IMG/VR virus record: IMGVR_UViG_3300048088_000314
Location: 1-64,000 of that record
Direction: 5' to 3' (one strand)
DNA length: 64,000 bases
DNA from: a virus
Shown here: one piece after another, positions 9,754-17,151 of the stretch
Layout of the letters: each line of letters starts with the position of its first letter
How positions within the stretch are numbered: position 1 is the stretch's first letter
The notes under the pieces: model-generated
What the model was told of the DNA's origin: nothing
Database searches by the model: none
What the model saw: the letters and a program-made list of their open reading frames with translations, nothing else
Position numbers and translations under genes: made by a program

Positions 9754-9829
9754 GCGGGTGTAGCTCAGTGGTAGAGCCGGGTCCTTCCAAGTCCCGTGTG
9801 CGTCGGTTCGATCCCGACCATCCGCTCCA
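9754..9829 (+). tRNA. tRNA-Gly(TCC)
   Basis: Canonical cloverleaf, CCA. Confidence 0.9.
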
Positions 9830-9898
9830 TGGTGGGGTGCCCCTCCGCAAGGGGATTAAATCGGCGTGACGCTCGCCGAGCCCTACACGCAGTTTCAT

Positions 9899-9976
9899 TC
9901 CCCAGTAGCTCAGTTGGTAGAGCGGGTGGCTGTTAACCACCGTCTGTCGCGGGTTCGAGGCCTGCCTGGGGAGCCA
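9899..9976 (+). tRNA. tRNA-Asn(GTT)
   Basis: Canonical cloverleaf, CCA. Confidence 0.9.
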
Positions 9977-9979
9977 TTT

Positions 9980-10053
9980 GCGTCTCTAGCTCAGTGGCAG
10001 AGCATCGGTCTCCAAAACCGAGTAGCGGGGTTCGATTCCTCGGGGGCGTGCCA
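9980..10053 (+). tRNA. tRNA-Trp(CCA)
   Basis: CT-CCA-AA loop, CCA end. Confidence 0.9.
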
Positions 10054-10055
10054 TT

Positions 10056-10129
10056 GTGGGGTGAACCAGACGGTCGGGTACGGGGCTGCAACCCCCGGTG
10101 ACGCGGTTCGACTCCGCGACCTCACTCCA
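10056..10129 (+). tRNA. tRNA-Cys(GCA)
   Basis: CT-GCA-AC loop, U73, CCA. Confidence 0.85.
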
Positions 10130-10135
10130 GTTCAT

Positions 10136-10212
10136 GGTGATGCGATGGAGCCAGTGAACCAACCTGACTGTGACCCAGGGAACGACGGGTGCAACCCCCG
10201 TGCATCACCCCA
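10136..10212 (+). tRNA. tRNA-His(GTG)
   Basis: CT-GTG-AC loop, G-1:C73 extended acceptor stem. Confidence 0.8.
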
Positions 10213-10215
10213 AAT

Positions 10216-10290
10216 GCCGGGGTAGCTCAGAGGCAGAGCGGCCGTTTTGTAAGCGGTTGGGCGGGGGTTCGAGTCCCTTTCCCGGCACCA
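10216..10290 (+). tRNA. tRNA-Thr(TGT)
   Basis: Canonical cloverleaf, CCA. Confidence 0.9.
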
Positions 10291-10298
10291 GTTTCATT

Positions 10299-10373
10299 TG
10301 CGGGATTGAAGGTGGTCCTTCCGCGGAGCTCTGACCTCCGTTGCTAAGAGTTCGATCCTCTTGCCCGCAGCCA
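10299..10373 (+). tRNA. tRNA-Gln(CTG)
   Basis: CT-CTG-AC loop, U1:A72, CCA. Confidence 0.8.
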
Positions 10374-10379
10374 AATTGA

Positions 10380-10449
10380 TGGGGGGCCCCGGGCGGTGAG
10401 TTGGGCCTTGACCCCGACTAGCAGGGTTCGACTCCCTGACCCCTAGCCA
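10380..10449 (+). tRNA. tRNA-Gln(TTG), short D arm
   Basis: CC-TTG-AC loop, T arm, CCA. Confidence 0.75.
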
Positions 10450-10453
10450 ACAT

Positions 10454-10528
10454 CTCCCGTTCGACTACCAGCTAGGTCACCACCCTCTCAAGGTGGAAAA
10501 GCGGGGCCGGCACCCGCACGGGAGGCCA
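10454..10528 (+). tRNA. tRNA-Glu(CTC)
   Basis: CT-CTC-AA loop, atypical T loop, CCA. Confidence 0.8.
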
Positions 10529-10532
10529 ACAC

Positions 10533-10617
10533 GCGGGCGTGGCGGAACTGCTAGACGCAGCGGGCCTAAACCCCGCCGCCTTATGGCATGAGGGTTGGAA
10601 TCCCTTCGCCCGCACCA
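10533..10617 (+). tRNA. tRNA-Leu(TAA)
   Basis: Long variable arm, CC-TAA-AC loop, CCA. Confidence 0.85.
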
Positions 10618-10621
10618 ATCA

Positions 10622-10706
10622 GGCCCACTGGTGGAATAGTAGACACGCCAGTCTCAGGAACTGGTGCCGTAATGGCGTGAGGGTGCAAATCCTTCGTGGG
10701 TCACCA
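10622..10706 (+). tRNA. tRNA-Leu(CAG)
   Basis: Long variable arm, CT-CAG-GA loop, CCA. Confidence 0.85.
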
Positions 10707-10710
10707 GCTT

Positions 10711-10787
10711 GCGCGCGTAGCCCAATCGGTAGAGGTACTGCCTCGAGATGGCAGGGGTTGCCGGTTCGAATCCGGCCGCGCGCACCA
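10711..10787 (+). tRNA. tRNA with Leu(GAG) anticodon but short variable loop
   Basis: TC-GAG-AT loop, class I-type body, CCA. Confidence 0.8.
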
Positions 10788-10940
10788 GTTTCTCGCAGCT
10801 AAATAACTGCGGAAAATTATTCCTGGAATTATTCCTGGCGCCGGCGCACTGTCAGCGCATCCCGCCGTGTTCGGGGGATCACCGCGGGTGAGCGTGGGGG
10901 AAGTGAAGTGGAAGGCTGGCCTTGTGCCGGCCTTCTGCCG

Positions 10941-11402
10941 TTATAGGTCGATCACCCTGCCCCGAGGCTTCGGAACGACGATCGCGGCCGGCTCCTCGAG
11001 ATCGAGTGCGCGAATAGCTGGCGCGGCCGGCTCGGTTGGATCGGCAGGCGTCGCGGCGATCGTCTCTCCGCCATTGAAGATGTTGGCCTGGGCGATTTCC
11101 TCGGTCTGCTTGAACGATTCAAGGAGGGCGTCGCCAAGGAAGCCCATATTCTGATAGGCGTCCAGAATTTCTCTGGGGATCGCCACGGTTCGAGTTCTGC
11201 CGTCTGGCTCCGTCATCTTGACGATCATCCGATCGGTCACGGGATCGCGATAAGTGACGTACTCCGGGCGTCCCGGATAAGGGCCTTCGTCGGGGAGGTC
11301 ATTGTTGGCCGTCCCCGGGCGCAGCGGTTGCCGCAAGCGCATCTCTATGGCGCGCAGCCCGGGTCCCAATAGATCGGTCATGTCAGCCCGGGCGATGGCC
11401 AT
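10941..11402 (-). CDS. mini protein built from rearranged major-capsid-like segments
   Basis: GGAGA RBS; DLLGPGL, LRPGTANND and ESFKQTEEIAQANIFN match MCP segments. Confidence 0.7.
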   Translation of the reverse strand: MAIARADMTDLLGPGLRAIEMRLRQPLRPGTANNDLPDEGPYPGRPEYVTYRDPVTDRMIVKMTEPDGRTRTVAIPREILDAYQNMGFLGDALLESFKQTEEIAQANIFNGGETIAATPADPTEPAAPAIRALDLEEPAAIVVPKPRGRVIDL

Positions 11403-11443
11403 CAGCGTCTCCACGTGGGGGCCGCCAGTATAGATGATTTCAG

Positions 11444-11530
11444 GGATGGTCAACCGAGGAAGCCCTCGGCACCCGTTGGAAACGGGTTGGAGCCGCAAGG
11501 CTTACGGGGCGGGACCGTGGCCATCCTCCA
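11444..11530 (+). tRNA. tRNA-Ser(GGA)
   Basis: Long variable arm, TT-GGA-AA loop, CCA. Confidence 0.8.
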
Positions 11531-11531
11531 T

Positions 11532-11616
11532 GGATGTCGACGCGCTGGCGCGCGGGGCGGCCTTGAAAACCGCTGGCACCGCAAGGTGCGGGGTTCGATC
11601 CCTCCGGCATCCGCCA
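11532..11616 (+). tRNA. tRNA-Ser(TGA)
   Basis: Long variable arm, CT-TGA-AA loop, CCA. Confidence 0.85.
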
Positions 11617-11671
11617 ATAAGTCAGTTATTTATCTGCATCTCGACGATAAGTAATTGACTATCTGACCTAT

Positions 11672-11760
11672 GGGCGGTCAACCGGGAGAGCTCCCGGCTC
11701 GGCTTCGAATACCGATGGTGCCCGCAAGGGCATGGGGTGCGAGACCTCGGTCGCCCGCCA
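11672..11760 (+). tRNA. tRNA-Ser(CGA)
   Basis: Long variable arm, TT-CGA-AT loop, CCA. Confidence 0.8.
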
Positions 11761-11766
11761 TCTCGA

Positions 11767-11855
11767 GGACGGCACAAGCGGTCTGGGACCGCGACTGCCT
11801 GCTAAGCAGTGCGTGCCCGTGAGGGCATCGGGTTCGATCCCCGGGCCGTCCGCCA
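11767..11855 (+). tRNA. tRNA-Ser(GCT)
   Basis: Long variable arm, CT-GCT-AA loop, CCA. Confidence 0.85.
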
Positions 11856-11858
11856 ATC

Positions 11859-11933
11859 GCTCCGCTGGCGCAGTGGCAGCGCAATCGCTTGGTAAGCGGT
11901 AGGTCGTCGGTTCGATCCCGACGCGGAGCACCA
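11859..11933 (+). tRNA. tRNA-Thr(GGT)
   Basis: Canonical cloverleaf, CCA. Confidence 0.9.
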
Positions 11934-11938
11934 GTTAT

Positions 11939-12023
11939 GGGTCGGGAAAGCCGTGAGCTACGGCAGGCAGACTGTAAATCTGTTCCCTTCGGGGGAGAGG
12001 CGCGACTCCTCACCGGCCCACCA
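11939..12023 (+). tRNA. tRNA-Tyr(GTA)
   Basis: CT-GTA-AA loop, variable arm, CCA. Confidence 0.85.
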
Positions 12024-12029
12024 GTTCAC

Positions 12030-12105
12030 CCCGGTATAGCTCAATGGCAGAGCAGGCGGTCGATAACCGCCCGACCGTTCGGTTCGATTCCGACTGCCGG
12101 GACCA
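12030..12105 (+). tRNA. tRNA-Ile(GAT)
   Basis: Canonical cloverleaf, CCA. Confidence 0.9.
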
Positions 12106-12109
12106 ATTC

Positions 12110-12184
12110 GCGCGTGTAGCTCAGCGGCAGAGCAGCGGGCTCTTAACCCGTAGGCCGGGGGTTCGAGTCCCTCTACGCGCACCA
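12110..12184 (+). tRNA. tRNA-Lys(CTT)
   Basis: Canonical cloverleaf, CCA. Confidence 0.9.
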
Positions 12185-12314
12185 ACCCGACTCCGCGCGG
12201 AGTCGACGAAACCCGCTCGGTGCACCGGGCGGTAGTCCCCTCGTCAAATTTCCGCAGAGGAGCGGCGAGGACGAGACGTCCGGCGGCCTCCCTTTAAGGA
12301 GTGTCCGCCACGAT

Positions 12315-12388
12315 GCTTCCATCTTTCAGTGGCAGGAAGCCGGCTTGTCACGCCGGTAACACGGGTTCGATCCCCGTTGGAAGCGCCA
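12315..12388 (+). tRNA. tRNA-Asp(GTC)
   Basis: TT-GTC-AC loop, G73, CCA. Confidence 0.85.
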
Positions 12389-12409
12389 GTTTTTTGCTAT
12401 GATCCGATC

Positions 12410-12826
12410 ATGGCGAATGGAAAACAATTGCTCTGGAAGCTGAGCGCCCAAGGCTGGCTGTGCTGGTGGTGCGACATGCCCATCGACGATGGCCTGGGAG
12501 CCGGCTGGAGCGCAACGCGCGAGCACCTAGTTCCCAAGCATAAAGGCGGGAACGGTACACGCGAGAACATTGTTGCGGTACACGCCGCGTGTAATCACCA
12601 CCGCGCGGAGAGGGCGGGACCGCCATCGAGTTCCTACGTTCAGCACCAGCGGGTCAACTACCTGCGGCGCATCGCGGGGCTCTATTGTGAGAAGCCCTAC
12701 AGCGCCAACCGCCACGAGGACTTGCCGAATTTCGGACGGACCCCGGAGGGCCGGTGGCTATGGGCGCCACAGTACGGCATCATTTTCGGCCCGCAGCGGA
12801 TGAGCGCCACGGGCAAGGACGATTAA
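12410..12826 (+). CDS. HNH endonuclease
   Basis: CWWC...TREHLVPKHKGG...NIVAVHAACN. Confidence 0.85.
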   Translation: MANGKQLLWKLSAQGWLCWWCDMPIDDGLGAGWSATREHLVPKHKGGNGTRENIVAVHAACNHHRAERAGPPSSSYVQHQRVNYLRRIAGLYCEKPYSANRHEDLPNFGRTPEGRWLWAPQYGIIFGPQRMSATGKDD

Positions 12827-12827
12827 A

Positions 12828-12904
12828 CCGGGTGTAGCTCAGCCAGGGAGAGCAGCCGCTTTGGGAGCGGCCGGTCAGGCGTTCGAATCGTCTCACCCGG
12901 ACCA
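12828..12904 (+). tRNA. tRNA-Pro(TGG)
   Basis: Canonical cloverleaf, CCA. Confidence 0.9.
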
Positions 12905-12908
12905 TCAT

Positions 12909-12981
12909 GCTCGCGTGCCGCTGGACGGCAGCCGATTTCCTAGGTCGGCCTCAGCAGGTTCGACTCCTGCCGCGAGCACCA
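12909..12981 (+). tRNA. tRNA-Arg(CCT)
   Basis: TT-CCT-AG loop, T arm, CCA. Confidence 0.8.
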
Positions 12982-12982
12982 A

Positions 12983-13058
12983 CGGGGCGTGGCCTAGCAG
13001 CTAAGGCACCTGTTTCGGATACAGGAAATCGAGAGTGCAAGTCTCTCCGTCCCGACCA
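12983..13058 (+). tRNA. tRNA-Pro(CGG)
   Basis: TT-CGG-AT loop, CCA. Confidence 0.85.
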
Positions 13059-13064
13059 GTTCAT

Positions 13065-13139
13065 GGGTCTCTAGGCCAGTGGCAGACCGTCTCGTTTACA
13101 CCGAGAATGTGCGGGGTTCGATTCCTCGGAGACCTACCA
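13065..13139 (+). tRNA. tRNA-Val(TAC)
   Basis: TT-TAC-AC loop, CCA. Confidence 0.88.
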
Positions 13140-13142
13140 TCA

Positions 13143-13215
13143 CGCGCGTTGCTTCTGGGAGGCACCTAGTCCTTCAAACTGGGGCAGATGGGTTCGATCC
13201 CCATACGCGCGACCA
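13143..13215 (+). tRNA. tRNA-Glu(TTC), atypical
   Basis: CTAGT/ACTGG stem with CC-TTC-AA loop, T arm, CCA. Confidence 0.7.
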
Positions 13216-13282
13216 AAAAAGTGCATCGCGCGACGAAACGGGGCTGGACAATCCGCGCACGATGCTCTAATTCGTACACCCA

Positions 13283-13407
13283 CGATCGACGGTGTAGGAC
13301 GCGGTTCCTTCGTAGCTGATACGAAAGTCTGGTTCGAATCCAGAAAGCCCCGCCATTATGGGGCTTGGGCTTGGGCCCAAAACCCCGCTTCCGCTTTTCC
13401 TCGATCG
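13283..13407 (+). ncRNA. Y RNA-like (YrlA-type) RNA 1
   Basis: Terminal stem CGATCGA/TCGATCG; internal T arm TCTGG-TTCGAAT-CCAGA followed by two hairpins; upstream of Ro60. Confidence 0.65.
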
Positions 13408-13573
13408 CTCGGGTTTGTAGAACGGCAGGCAGTGTAGGACACGGTTTCATCGTAGCTCAGTTGGTTGAGCATCTGACTCTAAATCAGAAGGACGCGGGTT
13501 CGATCCCCGCTGATGGCCCGCCCGAAAGGGCAACCGTTTCCATTTTTCTCCTGCCGTTCCACAAGCCCGAGCG
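13406..13573 (+). ncRNA. Y RNA-like RNA 2 enclosing a tRNA cloverleaf with CTA (amber) anticodon
   Basis: About 24-bp closing stem; shares GTGTAGGAC(A/G)CGGTT motif with RNA 1; D, anticodon (CT-CTA-AA) and T arms; no CCA after acceptor stem. Confidence 0.65.
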
Positions 13574-13603
13574 AACGTCGATCGCCAACAAGGGAGATCG
13601 ACA

Positions 13604-15241
13604 GTGGCCACGCTCAACACCCCTAAGACGAGACGCACGGTAGCCCAGAAGCGTCCGGCCCGGCCGCAACTGCCGCCGCAGGTCCAGAGCTACACGCCAT
13701 CCAATTTCGAGCGGACGCACCAGGGCGGCATTGCCGCGCGCATCCCGCTCGAGCAGCAGCTTCGCCGGTCGGTGTGCTCGTGCCTTCTGTGGGAGGACGA
13801 GTTCCAGGAAAGCGGCGAGAGCATTGCCCAGCGCATCGTCAGGCTCGCGCGGATGGTCCCGCCGGGCGAGGCGGCGCGGCTTGCGATCGATGCGCGCAGC
13901 CATCTCAATCTGCGGCACGTCCCGCTGCTGCTCCTGGCGGCGCTGGCGGCCCCGGGCGCGGGAAAGTCTGACCTGATCAGCCGGACGCTCGAGCAGGTCA
14001 TTCAGCGCGCCGACGAGATCACCGAGTTCCTGGCGATCTATAGCCGGGTCTATGGGATGGCCTCGACCAAGCTGCGCGGACGGCTGTCGGCCCAGGTCAA
14101 GAAGGGCCTCGGTCTGGCGTTCCGGAAGTTCGATGCCTACCAGCTTGCCCGCTACTTCAACCAGAGCGGCGAGAAGGTGGCGCCGATCAAGGCGCGTGAC
14201 GTCCTGATGCTGTGCCGCCCGCATCCTCTCAACAGGGCACAGGCCGGCATGTGGAAGCGCATCCTGGAAAACAAGCCGATCGTGAAGGGTGGCGCGCATT
14301 CCTGGGAGGTCGAGTCGAGCCGCGGCGTCGATGAGACAGTGCGGGCGGTCCTCAAGGATGCAGCCGAGCTCGGTGCCGAGGGCAAGATGGCCGAGGGCAG
14401 GGCGGTCGCCAAGGTTCTAAGGGCGGCCGGCATCTCAAAGGACGAGTGGACCGAGATGCGCCGGGACGACAAGAAGTCCGTGTTCGAGCGGCAGTTGAAG
14501 AACGGCAAGCTCGGGTATCTGGCGCTCCTCCGGAACCTGCGGAGCATGACCGAGGCCAAGGTCGATCGCGAGTTGATCGAGGCGGCGATCCTGGCACGGC
14601 GCGGCGCGCACCGGGTATTCCCGTTTCGCTACATCGCGGCGGCGCGTGCGTGCCCTCAGTTCGAGGGGGTGATCGATCAGGCGCTGTCGGAGGCGATTGC
14701 GGAACTCCCCGCGTTGCCGGGCCGCACGGTCGTTCTGGTCGACGTATCCGGTTCGATGGATGAGAAGCTGTCGGGCGGATCCGACTTGATGCGGATCGAC
14801 GCGGCGGCGGCGCTGGCCTCGTTGATGCCGGGCGATCTGCGGGTGTTCACCTTCTCCAACCTGCTCGTCGAAGTGCCTCGGCGCTTCGGTATGGCGGGGG
14901 TGCAGGCGATCATCCAGAGCCAGCAGCACGGCGGTACGCAACTCGGGATGGCGATGGCGATCTTGGCGGGTGGGTCTCCCTACAGCCGGATCGTCAATGG
15001 CCGGCGGGAGCGAGCGGAGCCGATCGAGATGGATCGCTTGATCGTCATCACCGACGAGCAGGTTGCCGACAAGGTCTCGCCCCCGGTGGGCCTGCGCCAC
15101 GGGGCCTACATGATCAACGTGGCCTCGGCGAAGAACGGCGTCGGCTACGGTGACAGTTGGACGCATCTCGACGGGTTCTCGGAGCAGGTGATCCGCTGGA
15201 TCGCCGAGTTCGAGAAGCTGGAGACGCGCGAAGCAGCATGA
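13604..15241 (+). CDS. rsr: Ro60/Rsr-like TROVE-vWA RNA-binding protein
   Basis: TROVE-type motifs (ARSHLNLRHVP, RADE, KFDAYQLARY, ALLRNLR, FPFRY) plus MIDAS DVSGSM, GGT and VITDEQ. Confidence 0.9.
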   Translation: MATLNTPKTRRTVAQKRPARPQLPPQVQSYTPSNFERTHQGGIAARIPLEQQLRRSVCSCLLWEDEFQESGESIAQRIVRLARMVPPGEAARLAIDARSHLNLRHVPLLLLAALAAPGAGKSDLISRTLEQVIQRADEITEFLAIYSRVYGMASTKLRGRLSAQVKKGLGLAFRKFDAYQLARYFNQSGEKVAPIKARDVLMLCRPHPLNRAQAGMWKRILENKPIVKGGAHSWEVESSRGVDETVRAVLKDAAELGAEGKMAEGRAVAKVLRAAGISKDEWTEMRRDDKKSVFERQLKNGKLGYLALLRNLRSMTEAKVDRELIEAAILARRGAHRVFPFRYIAAARACPQFEGVIDQALSEAIAELPALPGRTVVLVDVSGSMDEKLSGGSDLMRIDAAAALASLMPGDLRVFTFSNLLVEVPRRFGMAGVQAIIQSQQHGGTQLGMAMAILAGGSPYSRIVNGRRERAEPIEMDRLIVITDEQVADKVSPPVGLRHGAYMINVASAKNGVGYGDSWTHLDGFSEQVIRWIAEFEKLETREAA

Positions 15242-15426
15242 CGCCTGCCGAACTCAGCGAGGCGGGTCGCAAGCTCTACGGCAAATGGGGCTGGCAAACT
15301 CGCCTCGCCGAGGCGCTGAAGGTAGATGGGAGCACGGTGCGGCGCTGGGTCTCAGGCGCCGTGCCGATCCCCGGGCCGGTCGAGGCGGCCGTCAACTGCT
15401 TCCTCGAGAGACGAGAGACACGCTAG
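15238..15426 (+). CDS. Cro/XRE-like HTH protein
   Basis: QTRLAEALKVDGSTVRRW; ATGA-coupled to Ro60. Confidence 0.8.
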   Translation: MTPAELSEAGRKLYGKWGWQTRLAEALKVDGSTVRRWVSGAVPIPGPVEAAVNCFLERRETR

Positions 15427-15498
15427 CCTCCTCCGGTGGATCCGGGCGCTGGTCTACGAAGCCGGCAGGCGAGGGTTCGATTCCTTCAGGGGGCGCCA
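15426..15498 (+). tRNA. tRNA-Arg(ACG)
   Basis: CT-ACG-AA loop, T arm, CCA. Confidence 0.85.
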
Positions 15499-15503
15499 TT
15501 TCA

Positions 15504-15579
15504 GGGCCTATAGCTCAATGGACAGAGCGGCCGGCTTCTACCCGGCAGGTTCGGGGTTCGACTCCTCGTAGGCTCGCCA
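15504..15579 (+). tRNA. tRNA-Arg(TCT)
   Basis: Canonical cloverleaf, CCA. Confidence 0.9.
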
Positions 15580-15582
15580 ATT

Positions 15583-15658
15583 CTCCCCGTAGCTCATTGG
15601 AGAGAGCGCTCGGCTCCGGACCGGGAGGTAGTAGGTTCGATTCCTATCGGGGAGGCCA
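15583..15658 (+). tRNA. tRNA-Arg(CCG)
   Basis: Canonical cloverleaf, CCA. Confidence 0.9.
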
Positions 15659-15717
15659 GACCCTTAACATTTTTCGGCGGAATCGACGGGACTCTTTACG
15701 GGGCTGAACCATGTCAA

Positions 15718-15801
15718 GCGAGGCTGGCGGAATAGCAGACGCGGTCGGCTCAAACCCGGCTGCCTTCGGGCATGGGGGTGCAAGTCCCTCGCCTCGCACC
15801 A
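15718..15801 (+). tRNA. tRNA-Leu(CAA)
   Basis: Long variable arm, CT-CAA-AC loop, CCA. Confidence 0.85.
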
Positions 15802-15805
15802 ACAC

Positions 15806-15882
15806 GGGTCGGTAACCCTAGAGGCATCGGGAGCAGCCTTTTAAGCTGACCTACGTGAGTTCGACTCTCACCCGACCCACCA
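15806..15882 (+). tRNA. tRNA-Lys(TTT)
   Basis: CT-TTT-AA loop, T arm, CCA. Confidence 0.85.
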
Positions 15883-15893
15883 ACCTGTAGTAT

Positions 15894-15968
15894 GCCCGCG
15901 TAGCTCAGCGGCAGAGCAGCGTCCTCGTAAGGCGTTGGTCGAGGGTTCGAGTCCCTCCGTGGGCACCA
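15894..15968 (+). tRNA. tRNA-Thr(CGT)
   Basis: Canonical cloverleaf, CCA. Confidence 0.9.
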
Positions 15969-16008
15969 GTCTTGCGTGAGCATGCGGCGTTCTATACCTT
16001 AATGCCGT

Positions 16009-16500
16009 ATGGATGCAGAATTTTCCGATCCGCTTTTCGCCGCTCGATTCTGGTCCAAAGTCGAAGTTAAGGGGCCATACGAATGTTGGCCGTGGCGGGC
16101 AGCCCGCGACGACAACGGATATGGTCGCTTTTATTCGAAGCGGCACAGCTTAGCGCATCGGATAGCCTATGTGATGATTCATCCCGATGAGCCCGAGCTC
16201 GGGGCCGAGGAGGATATCTGCCATCGATGTGACAATCCCGGATGCTGCAATCCCCGGCATATTTGGCGAGGGAATGCCCTAGAGAACGTCTACGACGCGC
16301 TGACTAAGGGCCGTTTTTATACGGGTGAGGGCCGAAAGGGAGCGACCAACGGAAATTCCAAATTGACGGATGATGCCGTGCTGGCAATCAGAAGACGGGT
16401 CGCTGCTGGGGAGCGTCGCGTAGTTTTGGCGCGTGAATATGGGATCAGCCAGACCACGATAGGCGCCATCTACAGGAAAACAACATGGGCCCATCTCTGA
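16009..16500 (+). CDS. HNH homing endonuclease with C-terminal HTH
   Basis: FWSKV..CWPW..GYG..AHRIAY..CHRCDNPGCCNPRH..N; lower GC than neighbours. Confidence 0.9.
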   Translation: MDAEFSDPLFAARFWSKVEVKGPYECWPWRAARDDNGYGRFYSKRHSLAHRIAYVMIHPDEPELGAEEDICHRCDNPGCCNPRHIWRGNALENVYDALTKGRFYTGEGRKGATNGNSKLTDDAVLAIRRRVAAGERRVVLAREYGISQTTIGAIYRKTTWAHL

Positions 16501-17069
16501 ATCGCGAGCATCGTTGTTTAGTTTTGAACGCGGACGGACAGCCGATGGGCTGGCCGCTGAGCCTGGTGCCCGCTCGGCGAGCCGTGAAAAAGCTCCTCAA
16601 CGACCGGGTCATCGTCCTGGAGACCTGGGAGGATGCGTTCTGCCGGGCCGGCAACGTGTCGATCGCAATGCCCAAGACGGTGATGCTGCGGCAGTACGTG
16701 CCGATCGAGGGCACGCCGAAATTTTGCAGAAGATCGATAATTTTGCGGGACAAATTTACCTGCCAGTTCTGCAGCGAGCGGTTCCCGTCGCATGAGTTGA
16801 CCTACGACCACCTGCTCCCCCGGAGCCGGGGCGGCAAGACGTGCTGGGAGAACATCGTCACCGCGTGCGTTGCGTGCAACGCCGAGAAGGGAGACCGGCC
16901 GGCGCGAGAGACGGGTCCCAGGGGCGTCAAGGGGTCGCTGCGGCCTCTGCGGCAGCCACGGGCGCCAACGAACGCCCAACTGCTGCGGGCGGGCCTCGAG
17001 TTCCTTCCTCTCGACATCCGGGAGGACTGGGGTTCCTGGCTGCATTGGAACGTGACCCTGCATGCCTAA
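16485..17069 (+). CDS. HNH endonuclease (McrA-like)
   Basis: LVLNAD..RDKFTCQFC..TYDHLLPRSRGG..WENIVTACVACNAEKG. Confidence 0.9.
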   Translation: MGPSLNREHRCLVLNADGQPMGWPLSLVPARRAVKKLLNDRVIVLETWEDAFCRAGNVSIAMPKTVMLRQYVPIEGTPKFCRRSIILRDKFTCQFCSERFPSHELTYDHLLPRSRGGKTCWENIVTACVACNAEKGDRPARETGPRGVKGSLRPLRQPRAPTNAQLLRAGLEFLPLDIREDWGSWLHWNVTLHA

Positions 17070-17151
17070 AACCCCGCTGGCATAGAACACGCGCGATCTG
17101 TATAATCCTCCCTGCCTTGATGGGTGAACCTTCACCCTGCCCAAATGGAGG

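Noticed and set aside
13143-13215. Opal/Sec (TCA) tRNA reading of CTTCAAA
   Set aside because: Stem pairing centres the loop on TTC, and there is no long variable arm or extended acceptor stem.
13446-13517. Genome-wide TAG reassignment implied by the CUA anticodon
   Set aside because: Long genes are intact in the standard code and TAG ends many genes right before the next start.
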